Positions 28,485-37,776 of a stretch of DNA of 64,000 nucleotides are shown here, one piece after another. The stretch covers positions 97,807-161,806 of the forward strand of contig JABIEQ010000014.1 in NCBI GenBank assembly GCA_018651085.1, written 5' to 3'. A program made the position numbers and the translations under genes. A model generated the notes under the pieces. The model was not told where the DNA came from, searched no databases, and was given only the letters and a program-made list of their open reading frames with translations. This DNA comes from Candidatus Magasanikiibacteriota bacterium (GTDB taxonomy: Bacteria; Patescibacteriota; Patescibacteriia; Magasanikbacterales; UBA922). Positions within the stretch are counted from its first letter, which is position 1. Every line of letters begins with the position of its first letter.

Positions 28485-29444
28485 TTAAGAAAGTGCCGCA
28501 GCACCTCCAGCAATTTCAGCAATTTCTTGGGTAATTGCAGCTTGACGTGCTTTATTATATTCTCGGGTAAGGTCTTCAATTAAATCTCCGGCATTATCAC
28601 TCGCATTTTTCATGGCAACCATCCGTGAACTATGTTCACTTGCGGTTGATTCAAGGATTGCTTGATACAATTGTACCTCAACAAGTTTTGGTAAAATTGT
28701 TTCAATAATTGTTTCAAGATCTGGTTCAAATAAATACCGTTCAATTTCAGCAGTATCAGCCGTTAATGATTCTCCTTTTCCTGAAGGTAATTCATTTCCC
28801 ATTTTTTCTAAATCATGAGGAGAAACAGGAAGCACTTGACGTACCTTCACTTCTTGAGATAATCCACTAATGTAATGCGTATAAGAAACTAACACTTTGT
28901 CATACGTTTTATCAATATACCCACGAATAGCCATGTCACTTACTGACAAAATATCTTCAATCTGTGGTTTTTCGTGAAGATCATCAAATACAGCTGGCAA
29001 GTTATACCCATGTTTTTTAGCAAACCAGGCACTTTTTTTTCCAACACCGAGAATATCAATCTCAATATCAGTTGTAAATTCTGGGACATCTCTATTTTCA
29101 GCAACACGATGTTCTCCGAGCCGTTTAGTGTTCTCAAGAACAGCTTTTGTATGTTTAAACACATTGGCATTAAATCCACCACAAAGCCCTCTATTAGAGC
29201 TCATCACCACAACCAACACTTTTTTCACTGGTCGAAGTTCAAGTAACGGATAATTCGGTTCATCAAGAAAAGCTAAGCGATGCAAAAGTTCACGCGCAAG
29301 TGTTGCGTACAATCGAGTATTTTCAGCAGCCTCAACTGCTTTACGCATCTTTGCAGCTGACACAAGTTCCATCGCTTTCGTGATTTTCTTTGTGTTCTTT
29401 GCTGATTTGATCCGTTGTTTTACGGCTTTTGCATTAACAGCCAT
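28485..29444 (-). CDS. atpG: ATP synthase F1 gamma subunit
   Basis: A 319-aa ORF with gamma-like N- and C-terminal helices. Confidence 0.85.
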   Translation of the reverse strand: MAVNAKAVKQRIKSAKNTKKITKAMELVSAAKMRKAVEAAENTRLYATLARELLHRLAFLDEPNYPLLELRPVKKVLVVVMSSNRGLCGGFNANVFKHTKAVLENTKRLGEHRVAENRDVPEFTTDIEIDILGVGKKSAWFAKKHGYNLPAVFDDLHEKPQIEDILSVSDMAIRGYIDKTYDKVLVSYTHYISGLSQEVKVRQVLPVSPHDLEKMGNELPSGKGESLTADTAEIERYLFEPDLETIIETILPKLVEVQLYQAILESTASEHSSRMVAMKNASDNAGDLIEDLTREYNKARQAAITQEIAEIAGGAAALS

Positions 29445-29447
29445 ATC

Positions 29448-30944
29448 TTAACTAAGCGTTTTAAATTCTTCACAAAGGGCTTTCAATCCTGTTTGTACTT
29501 CTTCACTCCACTCCCCAGCTTTAATACTTCCTAAAATCGGCGCATAACTTCTATCAGCAAGTTCAAGTAATCTCTTTTCTGCAGCCTTCACATCGTTAAC
29601 AGGTATCTCATTAAAGTGTCCTTGTCCTGCAGCATAGATTGACACTACTTGGTGTTCAACACTAAGCGGTGCATATTGTGCTTGTTTCAAAAGTTCTGTC
29701 ATCCGACGACCAAGATCAATTTGTCTTTTTGTGTCAGCATCAAGATCACTAGAAAATTGCGCAAACGCTTCAAGTTCACGAAATTGAGCAAGTGTTAATT
29801 TCAAACTTCCTGCTACTTTTTTCATTGGTTTAATTTGCGCAGCTCCTCCAACACGAGATACTGAAAGTCCTACATTAAGTGCTGGTCGAATTCCTTTATA
29901 AAACAAGTTTGTTTCAAGAAAAATCTGTCCATCCGTAATAGAAATAACATTTGTTGGAATGTACGCTGATACATCTCCACCTTGTGTTTCAATAATAGGT
30001 AATGCAGTGATTGATCCCCCACCATTTTGATCATTTAAGTTACATGCTCGTTCAAGTAATCGTGAGTGAAGATAAAACACATCCCCTGGATACGCTTCAC
30101 GCCCTGGTGGTCGTCGTAACAATAGTGACATTTCTCTATATGCCCAAGCTTGTTTTGTAAGATCATCATAAATCACAAGGACATCTTTTCCTTTATCAGC
30201 AAAATATTCTGCCATCGAACAACCAGTATATGGTGCAAGGTATGACATAGGAGCGGGTTCACTAGCTCCAGCTGAAACAACAATGGTGTAATCCATTGCA
30301 CCAGCTTGTTGCAATACTCGTACTGTTCTTGCTACTTTTGATTCTTTTTGTCCAATAGCAACATACACACAAATCATGTCTTGCCCTTTTTGGTTTAAAA
30401 TTGTATCAATAGCAATCGCTGTTTTACCAGTTTGTCTATCACCAATAATAAGCTCACGCTGCCCTCGTCCAATTGGAATAAGTGCATCAATGGCTTTAAT
30501 CCCAGTTTGCATTGGCGTATCAACCGGCGTTCTTGTCATCACGCCCGGAGCAATTCTTTCAACAGGATAAAAATCATCTTCTTTTATATCCCCTTTTCCA
30601 TCAATTGGAAGTCCAAGTGCATTGACCACTCGACCAATCATTTTTTCTCCAACAGGGACAGATAAAATCTTTCCTGTTCGCTTAACGGTTGCTCCTTCTC
30701 GAATACTTGTAAAGTCACCTAAAATAACAGCTCCAACAGTCTCTTCTTCTAGGTTAAGAGCAACACCAATAGTACCATCTTCAAATTCAAGCATTTCTTG
30801 TGACTGACATTTGGTAAGCCCACTCATACGAGCAATACCGTCCCCTACTTCAACAACAGTTCCTACTTCTTCTGTTTGTACATCTGTTTGAAACGATGCA
30901 ATGTGCTTTTTGAGTTCTTTTATAATTTTATCCGTGTGTGACAT
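29448..30944 (-). CDS. atpA: ATP synthase F1 alpha subunit
   Basis: GDRQTGKT P-loop. Confidence 0.95.
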   Translation of the reverse strand: MSHTDKIIKELKKHIASFQTDVQTEEVGTVVEVGDGIARMSGLTKCQSQEMLEFEDGTIGVALNLEEETVGAVILGDFTSIREGATVKRTGKILSVPVGEKMIGRVVNALGLPIDGKGDIKEDDFYPVERIAPGVMTRTPVDTPMQTGIKAIDALIPIGRGQRELIIGDRQTGKTAIAIDTILNQKGQDMICVYVAIGQKESKVARTVRVLQQAGAMDYTIVVSAGASEPAPMSYLAPYTGCSMAEYFADKGKDVLVIYDDLTKQAWAYREMSLLLRRPPGREAYPGDVFYLHSRLLERACNLNDQNGGGSITALPIIETQGGDVSAYIPTNVISITDGQIFLETNLFYKGIRPALNVGLSVSRVGGAAQIKPMKKVAGSLKLTLAQFRELEAFAQFSSDLDADTKRQIDLGRRMTELLKQAQYAPLSVEHQVVSIYAAGQGHFNEIPVNDVKAAEKRLLELADRSYAPILGSIKAGEWSEEVQTGLKALCEEFKTLS

Positions 30945-30953
30945 ACAATATTC

Positions 30954-31340
30954 TTAAGCTAAACTACGTGTTAATTCTTGTAATTGTTTTTTAATACTTG
31001 CGTCAAAGATAATGTTTCCATCCCGAACGACAACACCACCAATAAGACTTTTATCAACAGAAACGGTGGTTTCAACATTCTTTCCAAAGGGTTTAACAAT
31101 CTCAGTAATGCTCTTAGCAGATAACGCTCGTGCACTCGTAATCTCAATCTCTCTAATACCGTCCTCTTTTTTCGCATGTTTTTCAAATGCAGCAATAATG
31201 TAATCAATCTTTAAAAGCATTTGATCTTTATGAAGCAGTGTCACAAACACCTTCAACACATCACTTACTTCTTTATCTTTCGCTTCATGAAGTAAAGTAT
31301 AAAGAATTTTGGCATATTGTACTGGAAGCAATGTTGCCAT
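30954..31340 (-). CDS. atpH: ATP synthase F1 delta subunit (OSCP), unusually short at 128 aa
   Basis: C-terminal LIGGVVVRDGNIIFDASIKKQL matches the delta consensus, in conserved operon position. Confidence 0.7.
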   Translation of the reverse strand: MATLLPVQYAKILYTLLHEAKDKEVSDVLKVFVTLLHKDQMLLKIDYIIAAFEKHAKKEDGIREIEITSARALSAKSITEIVKPFGKNVETTVSVDKSLIGGVVVRDGNIIFDASIKKQLQELTRSLA

Positions 31341-31342
31341 AT

Positions 31343-31849
31343 TTACTTAATTGAAGAAACCATCTTAGAAATAAAGGCTTCATCTTTTTTCTTATCAAAC
31401 TTTTCACCAATAACTTTTTCAACCGCAGCAACAACAAGTTGAGCAGTTTCTTTTCGTAAATCCTCTCGCATTTCTTCTTTATCAATATCAATATTTTTCT
31501 TTGCTTGAGAAATTAACAATTCAATTTCTTCTTTTGCTTTTTCTTTCATAGTACCAGAAAGCTTTTTCGCGTGTTCATGCGCTGCTTCTACTACACCATT
31601 CGCTTCAACTTTTGCTTCATCAATAAGTTGTTGAGATTTTTGTTGAGACATCTGAAGCTCAGTTTTTGCTTTTTGGATATTTTCAACACTGTCACTTACT
31701 TCTTTATGACGCTGCTTTAATACTTTCATCACTGGACCAAAGGCATATCGCTTTAAAATCCAAAACAAAATCAAAAAGTTAATAAGATTAAATAAGGCCA
31801 TTTGCCATTCAAAACCAATTTTTCCGAGTGTATCTAAAATAAATTGCAT
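31343..31849 (-). CDS. atpF: ATP synthase Fo b subunit
   Basis: Single N-terminal TM helix followed by a long charged helix. Confidence 0.8.
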   Translation of the reverse strand: MQFILDTLGKIGFEWQMALFNLINFLILFWILKRYAFGPVMKVLKQRHKEVSDSVENIQKAKTELQMSQQKSQQLIDEAKVEANGVVEAAHEHAKKLSGTMKEKAKEEIELLISQAKKNIDIDKEEMREDLRKETAQLVVAAVEKVIGEKFDKKKDEAFISKMVSSIK

Positions 31850-31938
31850 ACAAAAGTCATAATTAAATCGTTGTAAGGAGGGTGTAGATGAAATTCAGTT
31901 TCATCTATACCCTCCGCGCAAACGCGAAAGAGGATGAT

Positions 31939-32160
31939 TTAGATGATGAAAAACGCCACAAGTGCGTAAATTGCAGTAGATTCTGCAAGTGCCACACCAA
32001 TAATCATGTTGGTGAAGATCTTTCCTTCAAGCTTTGGATTTCGTCCCATAGCTTCAATAGCCTTACCAATAAGGTATCCTTCTCCGATTCCAGATCCTCC
32101 CATAGTAACGGTACAAAGACCTTTGGCAATAAGCCGTGCTGAGTCAATATCAAGTGCCAT
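31939..32160 (-). CDS. atpE: ATP synthase Fo c subunit
   Basis: A 73-aa two-helix hairpin with a conserved carboxylate in helix 2 (GVALAES). Confidence 0.85.
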   Translation of the reverse strand: MALDIDSARLIAKGLCTVTMGGSGIGEGYLIGKAIEAMGRNPKLEGKIFTNMIIGVALAESTAIYALVAFFII

Positions 32161-32192
32161 ACACGTATATATTAAATAACTAAATAATTAAC

Positions 32193-32999
32193 TTAAACTG
32201 GTAATGCTTCCCCGGTCACTTCTTCCATTTGCTTCACGGCTTGAGTGTAGTACGCTGCAGATAACGCTCCAAACACCATAGCTTGGAGCACGCCAACTAA
32301 CACATTCATTGCAAGCCATACGGTTGGGACTGCAAACGCAAACGCTCCAAGAAGCACCGCTGCCAAGACTTCCCCGGCATACATGTTTCCAAACAAACGT
32401 AGCGATAACGATAATACTTTTGCAAGTTCAGAAACCACATCAAGTAAACCAATTGCAAAATCAATAATAGAAATAAGTCCTTTTCCAAATCCTTGACGAA
32501 AACCAGCAACCACTTCTTTAATCTTTACGTATTTTCCTAAGTGAGCAAATAACCCAAATGATTTAATGCTCATCACCTGACTTAAAAGCACAATCCCTAA
32601 CGCAATGGTAAAGGTCATGTTAAAATCATTTGTTGGCGACCGAAAAAGTGGCACCTCATTATAGGTAATAGACGCAAGTCCTGGGATAAGAGTAATAAGG
32701 TTTGAAATACCAAAGAAAAGGAAAATCGTTCCAATCAATGGCAAAAGCTGCTCTGCGGCCTTTCTGTTTCCAGTAATTTGTTCTATAAGGCCCAAGAAAG
32801 CTTCAACCATCATTTCAAGAAACGATTGAGAACTTGTTGGTTTCAATTTTAATCGTCGTGACGCAACAAAGAAAAAAACAAGGACACTTATGGTAATACA
32901 TGCTCCGAGCATCATGGCATTCGTTACCGTCAAACTACCGATTGAGAAAATAGCTTCTGGCTGAACTGTCGGTTGTGCGGCATCTACTTGAAAAAACAT
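32193..32999 (-). CDS. atpB: ATP synthase Fo a subunit
   Basis: Multi-TM ORF with a conserved Arg in the penultimate helix (LSLRLFGNM). Confidence 0.85.
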   Translation of the reverse strand: MFFQVDAAQPTVQPEAIFSIGSLTVTNAMMLGACITISVLVFFFVASRRLKLKPTSSQSFLEMMVEAFLGLIEQITGNRKAAEQLLPLIGTIFLFFGISNLITLIPGLASITYNEVPLFRSPTNDFNMTFTIALGIVLLSQVMSIKSFGLFAHLGKYVKIKEVVAGFRQGFGKGLISIIDFAIGLLDVVSELAKVLSLSLRLFGNMYAGEVLAAVLLGAFAFAVPTVWLAMNVLVGVLQAMVFGALSAAYYTQAVKQMEEVTGEALPV

Positions 33000-33019
33000 G
33001 TCATTTCTTTATTAATTCG

Positions 33020-33316
33020 TTACGCGTCAGGGGCATCCTTCGGATCTTCTTTTTTTGAAGCATCTCGTTCTTCTTTATCAAGTGCTTGAAACTCACGCCT
33101 GAGTCTCATATGCATACGGATAACCAGCGTCCAAGAAAGTAAAAACGCAACAATTAAACAAATAAGTGTCCCATTTGAGCCTACATCATAATTCGTATCC
33201 ACCCAATCCCCTAAAAAATAAGCAATAAAAGCTGGTATACCAAAAATGAATAATACGCGAAGCATCAAACGAAAGGTCTTTTGAGTAAGGGCTTGTCGTC
33301 TTTCTTCTATATCCAT
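33020..33316 (-). CDS. AtpI/AtpZ-like small membrane protein, first gene of the atp operon
   Basis: Two TM helices and a K/D-rich tail, in the position of atpI upstream of atpB. Start taken at MDIEER. Confidence 0.5.
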   Translation of the reverse strand: MDIEERRQALTQKTFRLMLRVLFIFGIPAFIAYFLGDWVDTNYDVGSNGTLICLIVAFLLSWTLVIRMHMRLRREFQALDKEERDASKKEDPKDAPDA

Positions 33317-33429
33317 ATAGTAAAATTTGAACGGCACTATTATACTAAAAAAAACACAATACGTCAACGTATATAAAATATTGGTGTGTGTATAAAAAAA
33401 CGGCTTATCTCAGCCGTTTTTACATATAT

Positions 33430-34275
33430 TCAGATCTGTATGCGAGAAAAGAGGGTTTTTGCATTTTTAGTACTCAATAGAGCCACTTCTTCAACAGACA
33501 ACCCTCGAAGATGAGCAATAAAATCGACCACTTCCTCTACCATCCACGGTTCACATCGCTTTCCTCTATACTTTTGTGGGGCTAAAAATGGTGAATCTGT
33601 CTCTACAAGAAGTTTTTCAAGAGGAATTCTATGTAATACATCTATAAGCGCTAATTGAGCATTAGGATCTGTTTTTTTCGGAGGAAATGTCACAACCCCT
33701 GTAAAACCAAGATATAAGCCAAAACCAATATATGCCTCTGCTTGTTCCCAGTTTCCAGTAAAACAATGAACTACCCCCTTAACAGGTTGAGGAAGTGTTT
33801 GTAATAATGCAATCATTTCATCATGTGCTTCTCGAACATGAATGACTAAAGGAAGATCATGACGAACAGCAAATGCATGGTGCGCTAAAAATACAGCTTG
33901 TTGTGTTTCAAAAATAGATTCAGCTGATACATCTTTAGGAATATGATACTTATCAAGTCCAGTTTCACCAACCGCAATAACTTTAGATGATGTTGCTAGT
34001 TCATCGTAATACGTCACATCAAATGCTTCTCCTCGAGATTGGAACGTCGTATCTTCTTCAACCACCTTTACCACATGCTCTTGAATGGGATGAAGACCAA
34101 TCGTCGCATATATATTATCATGTGCTTCAGCAAGTTCAACAGCTTTTTTACTCGTATCTTTTTGCGTACCAACAACATTCAAAACAATACCTTTTTCAAA
34201 AGACCTTCTAAGCACATCGTTACGATCTTCATCATACGCTTTGAATTGTACATGACAATGAGTATCAATGATCAT
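33430..34275 (-). CDS. TatD-family metal-dependent hydrolase
   Basis: N-terminal IDTHCH, plus conserved His and Asp residues through the TIM-barrel. Confidence 0.85.
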   Translation of the reverse strand: MIIDTHCHVQFKAYDEDRNDVLRRSFEKGIVLNVVGTQKDTSKKAVELAEAHDNIYATIGLHPIQEHVVKVVEEDTTFQSRGEAFDVTYYDELATSSKVIAVGETGLDKYHIPKDVSAESIFETQQAVFLAHHAFAVRHDLPLVIHVREAHDEMIALLQTLPQPVKGVVHCFTGNWEQAEAYIGFGLYLGFTGVVTFPPKKTDPNAQLALIDVLHRIPLEKLLVETDSPFLAPQKYRGKRCEPWMVEEVVDFIAHLRGLSVEEVALLSTKNAKTLFSRIQI

Positions 34276-34276
34276 A

Positions 34277-34801
34277 TTACTTTACAACCTCCGTTGCTTG
34301 CTCAATAAATTGTGCTGCTTGAGGAATAAGAGGAACAACAACGTTAGCAACTGCTTGCGCATATGGGGCAATAACTGAATCAGCAATTTTTTCAGTTATG
34401 GTCTCAGAAAAAGGAAACCGTTCAATAAAATATAACACTAAACCAATAGCAATAAGCCCTTCAACAAGCCCAAGGACAGCACCAAGTAATCGATTAAATG
34501 ATTTTACAAATGGCAACCAAGTAACAATACCGGTAAATTTTTCAATCAAATAAAATAAAAAACCAATCAATCGATTGATAATAAAAAATAATAAAACAAA
34601 CACCACCACCTTCACAAGATTTTCACTCCACCCTGTACTTGAAATAAGCCACGAAGAAATAGGTTCATAATAAATACTCGCAAGTATGGCACCAAGAACC
34701 GTTCCAACAAGAGACCCTAATGTATGAATAAGACCAAACCAAAGACCAAATAATACAAACCCCACTATAATAATGAGTAATAAGACATCAAAAAATGCCA
34801 T
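34277..34801 (-). CDS. CvpA-family membrane protein
   Basis: A 174-aa, 4-TM ORF with a CvpA-like N-terminus. Confidence 0.7.
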   Translation of the reverse strand: MAFFDVLLLIIIVGFVLFGLWFGLIHTLGSLVGTVLGAILASIYYEPISSWLISSTGWSENLVKVVVFVLLFFIINRLIGFLFYLIEKFTGIVTWLPFVKSFNRLLGAVLGLVEGLIAIGLVLYFIERFPFSETITEKIADSVIAPYAQAVANVVVPLIPQAAQFIEQATEVVK

Positions 34802-34819
34802 AAGCCTATATATAACTAT

Positions 34820-36316
34820 CTATAAACGAGGAAAAAGTGGATCTCCTTTTGTAAGTATAGCATGTTCCTTAAGTCTTCCCCATTCTTTTTCTTCAGCAAA
34901 AGAAGAAAGATTATTGTGATCAATGCCAAGAGCTAAGAAAATTTGTTCTGCTGCACCAGGAATAATAGGTAAAACAGATAGAGCAATGTGACGCAAACAT
35001 TCTGCTAATTCATATAACACTGATGAAATGTCTTCTCCAGCATTCGCCTTTTCCCATGGTTTTTGTGCTGAAATATATTTATCGCACTTCGCAACGAATC
35101 CATTAACAAGAGACACTAACTCATCAAACCGGTATGTTTCAAAAGCCCGATCATACGCTTCCCAAAAAGTAGCCGTAGAAAAAACATCCGGGACCAAAGA
35201 AGGTACTTTTCCTTCATTATATTTTTCTACCATGGTAAGAATACGACTTGTAAGATTCCCTATTCCATTTGCAAGGTGAGCAGTATAAAATTCTTTAAAT
35301 CGTTCTTCTGACCAGTCTCCGTCGTCATATGCTGGGAGTGCACCCAAAAGATAAAACCGTACAGCATCTGTTCCATATTTTTCTACCACATCAAATGGGG
35401 CCACAACGTTTCCAACACTTTTGCTCATTTTTTTTCCTTCTGACGTAATAAATCCATGGATAAAAATTTGTTTTGAGGGTGAAAGTTTTGCTGACATAAG
35501 CATGGCTTGCCACATAGCAGATTGCTGACGAAGATTATCTTTTCCAGCAACCTGTACCCCAGGCCAATACGCATTAAAGTCCCCTTCTTCTGGCCAGTTA
35601 AGCGTAGAAATATAATTTACAAGGGCATCAAACCACACGTACATAACGTGATCTTCATCATTTGGAACAGAAACGCCCCACGGCATCTTTGATTTCAATC
35701 GAGACACACTAAAATCCTTTAATCCACCTTCGACAAAATTTTTAATTTCTTGCAATCGATTTTTTGGAACAACAAAATCAGGATTATCTGCATACAACTT
35801 CAAAAGTGGTTCCTGATATTTAGAAAATCGGAAAAAATAATTTTCTTCATCAATCAATTCAATTTCGTACGTTGGATGAATGTCACATTGACCATCAACT
35901 AACTCTGAATCTGTTTTTTCAAGTTCACACCCAACACAATACTTTACTTGATACTGTTCTTTATAAATATCTCCATTATCAAAACATTTCATCCAAAATG
36001 CTTGTGCAGCTTTTTTATGTTTTTCATCCGTCGTCCGAATAAAATTTGTATAACTGACATTCAACGCACCTTTAAGGGCATCAAACTTTGCAGCATACTC
36101 GTTAACATAGTCTTGCGTGTCCATACCGCATTCCTCGGCCTTTCGATGGATCTTAAGCCCATGTTCATCCGTTCCAGTATTAAATACCACTTCCTTTCCA
36201 AGCATTCGTTGATACCGACAAATTGCATCAGCCTGCACAATCTCAAGAGCAAACCCAATGTGTGGATCTGAATTAACGTACGGAAGAGTTGTTGTAAGAT
36301 AAAACGATTGTGGCAT
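34820..36316 (-). CDS. metG: Methionyl-tRNA synthetase
   Basis: HIGH-type motif (PYVNSDPHIGF) and KMSKS. Confidence 0.9.
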   Translation of the reverse strand: MPQSFYLTTTLPYVNSDPHIGFALEIVQADAICRYQRMLGKEVVFNTGTDEHGLKIHRKAEECGMDTQDYVNEYAAKFDALKGALNVSYTNFIRTTDEKHKKAAQAFWMKCFDNGDIYKEQYQVKYCVGCELEKTDSELVDGQCDIHPTYEIELIDEENYFFRFSKYQEPLLKLYADNPDFVVPKNRLQEIKNFVEGGLKDFSVSRLKSKMPWGVSVPNDEDHVMYVWFDALVNYISTLNWPEEGDFNAYWPGVQVAGKDNLRQQSAMWQAMLMSAKLSPSKQIFIHGFITSEGKKMSKSVGNVVAPFDVVEKYGTDAVRFYLLGALPAYDDGDWSEERFKEFYTAHLANGIGNLTSRILTMVEKYNEGKVPSLVPDVFSTATFWEAYDRAFETYRFDELVSLVNGFVAKCDKYISAQKPWEKANAGEDISSVLYELAECLRHIALSVLPIIPGAAEQIFLALGIDHNNLSSFAEEKEWGRLKEHAILTKGDPLFPRL

Positions 36317-36324
36317 ATATATAA

Positions 36325-36738
36325 TTAACCTTTTTCAAAAGCAAACCCTTTTTTAATAATCTGTTTAGCATTAGGCCATAAAAATGTATATTCATCAAGT
36401 TCATGAAGGTCTATCCAAGCAAAAGAAAGATGCTCATCACTAAGGATAACAGGATCATTACTTTCAATAAAAGAAATAATTGCACAAATCGATGTCTTTG
36501 TACGCTCGATATACCAGATATCAGAATCAACAAGACCGAGATTTTTATAAGTAGTACAACCAATTTCTTCTTTCAGTTCACGAGAAAAAGCAACTTTTGC
36601 AGATTCCCCTTTATCTATACGTCCCCCTGGAAGTCCCCAATAACCAGGTGAACTTGCAAATTCAAGAATAAGACATTTTCCTTCATGCATAATAATTGCA
36701 GCTTGTGAAATTTGAAAATATTCAAAATTATTTTCCAT
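36325..36738 (-). CDS. NUDIX hydrolase
   Basis: Nudix box GGRIDKGESAKVAFSRELKEEIG. Confidence 0.85.
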   Translation of the reverse strand: MENNFEYFQISQAAIIMHEGKCLILEFASSPGYWGLPGGRIDKGESAKVAFSRELKEEIGCTTYKNLGLVDSDIWYIERTKTSICAIISFIESNDPVILSDEHLSFAWIDLHELDEYTFLWPNAKQIIKKGFAFEKG

Positions 36739-37002
36739 ATATATTATATATCATGATATACTTTGTATCGAGACAACGTTGGTACACTTAAACGAGTTCC
36801 CATACGAAAGTATGGTCCTAAAAGCTGCCGCCTGTAACAAGGTGTGAAAGCACCACAGGAAAGGTGAACGCTGTATAGGTACGCCAACTGGGGGCTGAGG
36901 GAATTGTTTCGTATGGTCAAAGGCACTATCACGGAAGAACACTTACCAAAGAACCTTTTTGCACCACGAGAGAGCGTCTTCTCCCCCACGTCTCTCTCAT
37001 TT
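36739..37002. ncRNA. Candidate structured ncRNA of unidentified class, in a GC-rich intergenic block
   Basis: A 264-nt gap between two co-oriented genes at about 50% GC. It carries a perfect hairpin with a GAAA loop (CCATAC-GAAA-GTATGG), an alternative pairing partner TTTCGTATGG 90 nt downstream, and a GAGAGAG..CTCTCTC stem. No family-like ORF is present. Confidence 0.35.
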
Positions 37003-37671
37003 TTATGAAACGACAATAACAAATTCTCCTTTCGCGGGAATATTCATTTCAAGAATTTCAGACATTGTTCCACGATATATTGTTTCAAACTTTTTTGTTA
37101 ATTCTCGACACACACAAACTTGTTTTTTTTCATCAAGTCCCTCGGCTAATTGCTTGAGGGCTTTTTCTATCCTATGACACGATTCATAAAACACGACCGT
37201 ATGTGTTGTAGCACAAACCCTATCAAAAAATTGCTGTCGACGTTTCTTATGAGGTGGAAATCCTAAAAACGAAAATGAATCTAACCGAAAGCCACTAATT
37301 GATAGGGCTGTTACAACGGCTGAAGCACCAGGGATAGGCACAATAGACACATCAGGAAGTTCATGCCTAACCGCGAACACTAGTTCACCACCAGGATCAC
37401 TAATTCCGGGAGTCCCAGCATCAGTAACAAGCGCAACATCATCTCCTTGGCGAAGCATATCCATAATCTCATCCGTTTTCTTTTGAGCACTATGCTGATG
37501 GTAGCTTCTTGCATGAGTATCAATATTATATCGAGAGAGTAATCTTGATGTCACTCGTGTATCTTCACAAAAAATCACTTCAACTGCTTGAAGTGTATCA
37601 ATGGCTCTCTCAGAAAAATCCCCAAGATTTCCAATAGGCGTAGCGACGATATATAAAGTAGGATTAGTCAT
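37003..37671 (-). CDS. rsmI: 16S rRNA (cytidine1402-2'-O)-methyltransferase
   Basis: Tetrapyrrole-methylase fold with YIVATPIGNLGD and VTDAGTPGISDPG. Start taken at MTNPTLY. Confidence 0.85.
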   Translation of the reverse strand: MTNPTLYIVATPIGNLGDFSERAIDTLQAVEVIFCEDTRVTSRLLSRYNIDTHARSYHQHSAQKKTDEIMDMLRQGDDVALVTDAGTPGISDPGGELVFAVRHELPDVSIVPIPGASAVVTALSISGFRLDSFSFLGFPPHKKRRQQFFDRVCATTHTVVFYESCHRIEKALKQLAEGLDEKKQVCVCRELTKKFETIYRGTMSEILEMNIPAKGEFVIVVS

Positions 37672-37776
37672 AGTTAGGCTTAGTGTAGCAAAAAAATAAA
37701 AAACAGGCAACCTTCTCCTATAACTAAAATACAGAAAATTTGCTATACTGTAAACATCAATAACACTATAATATTT

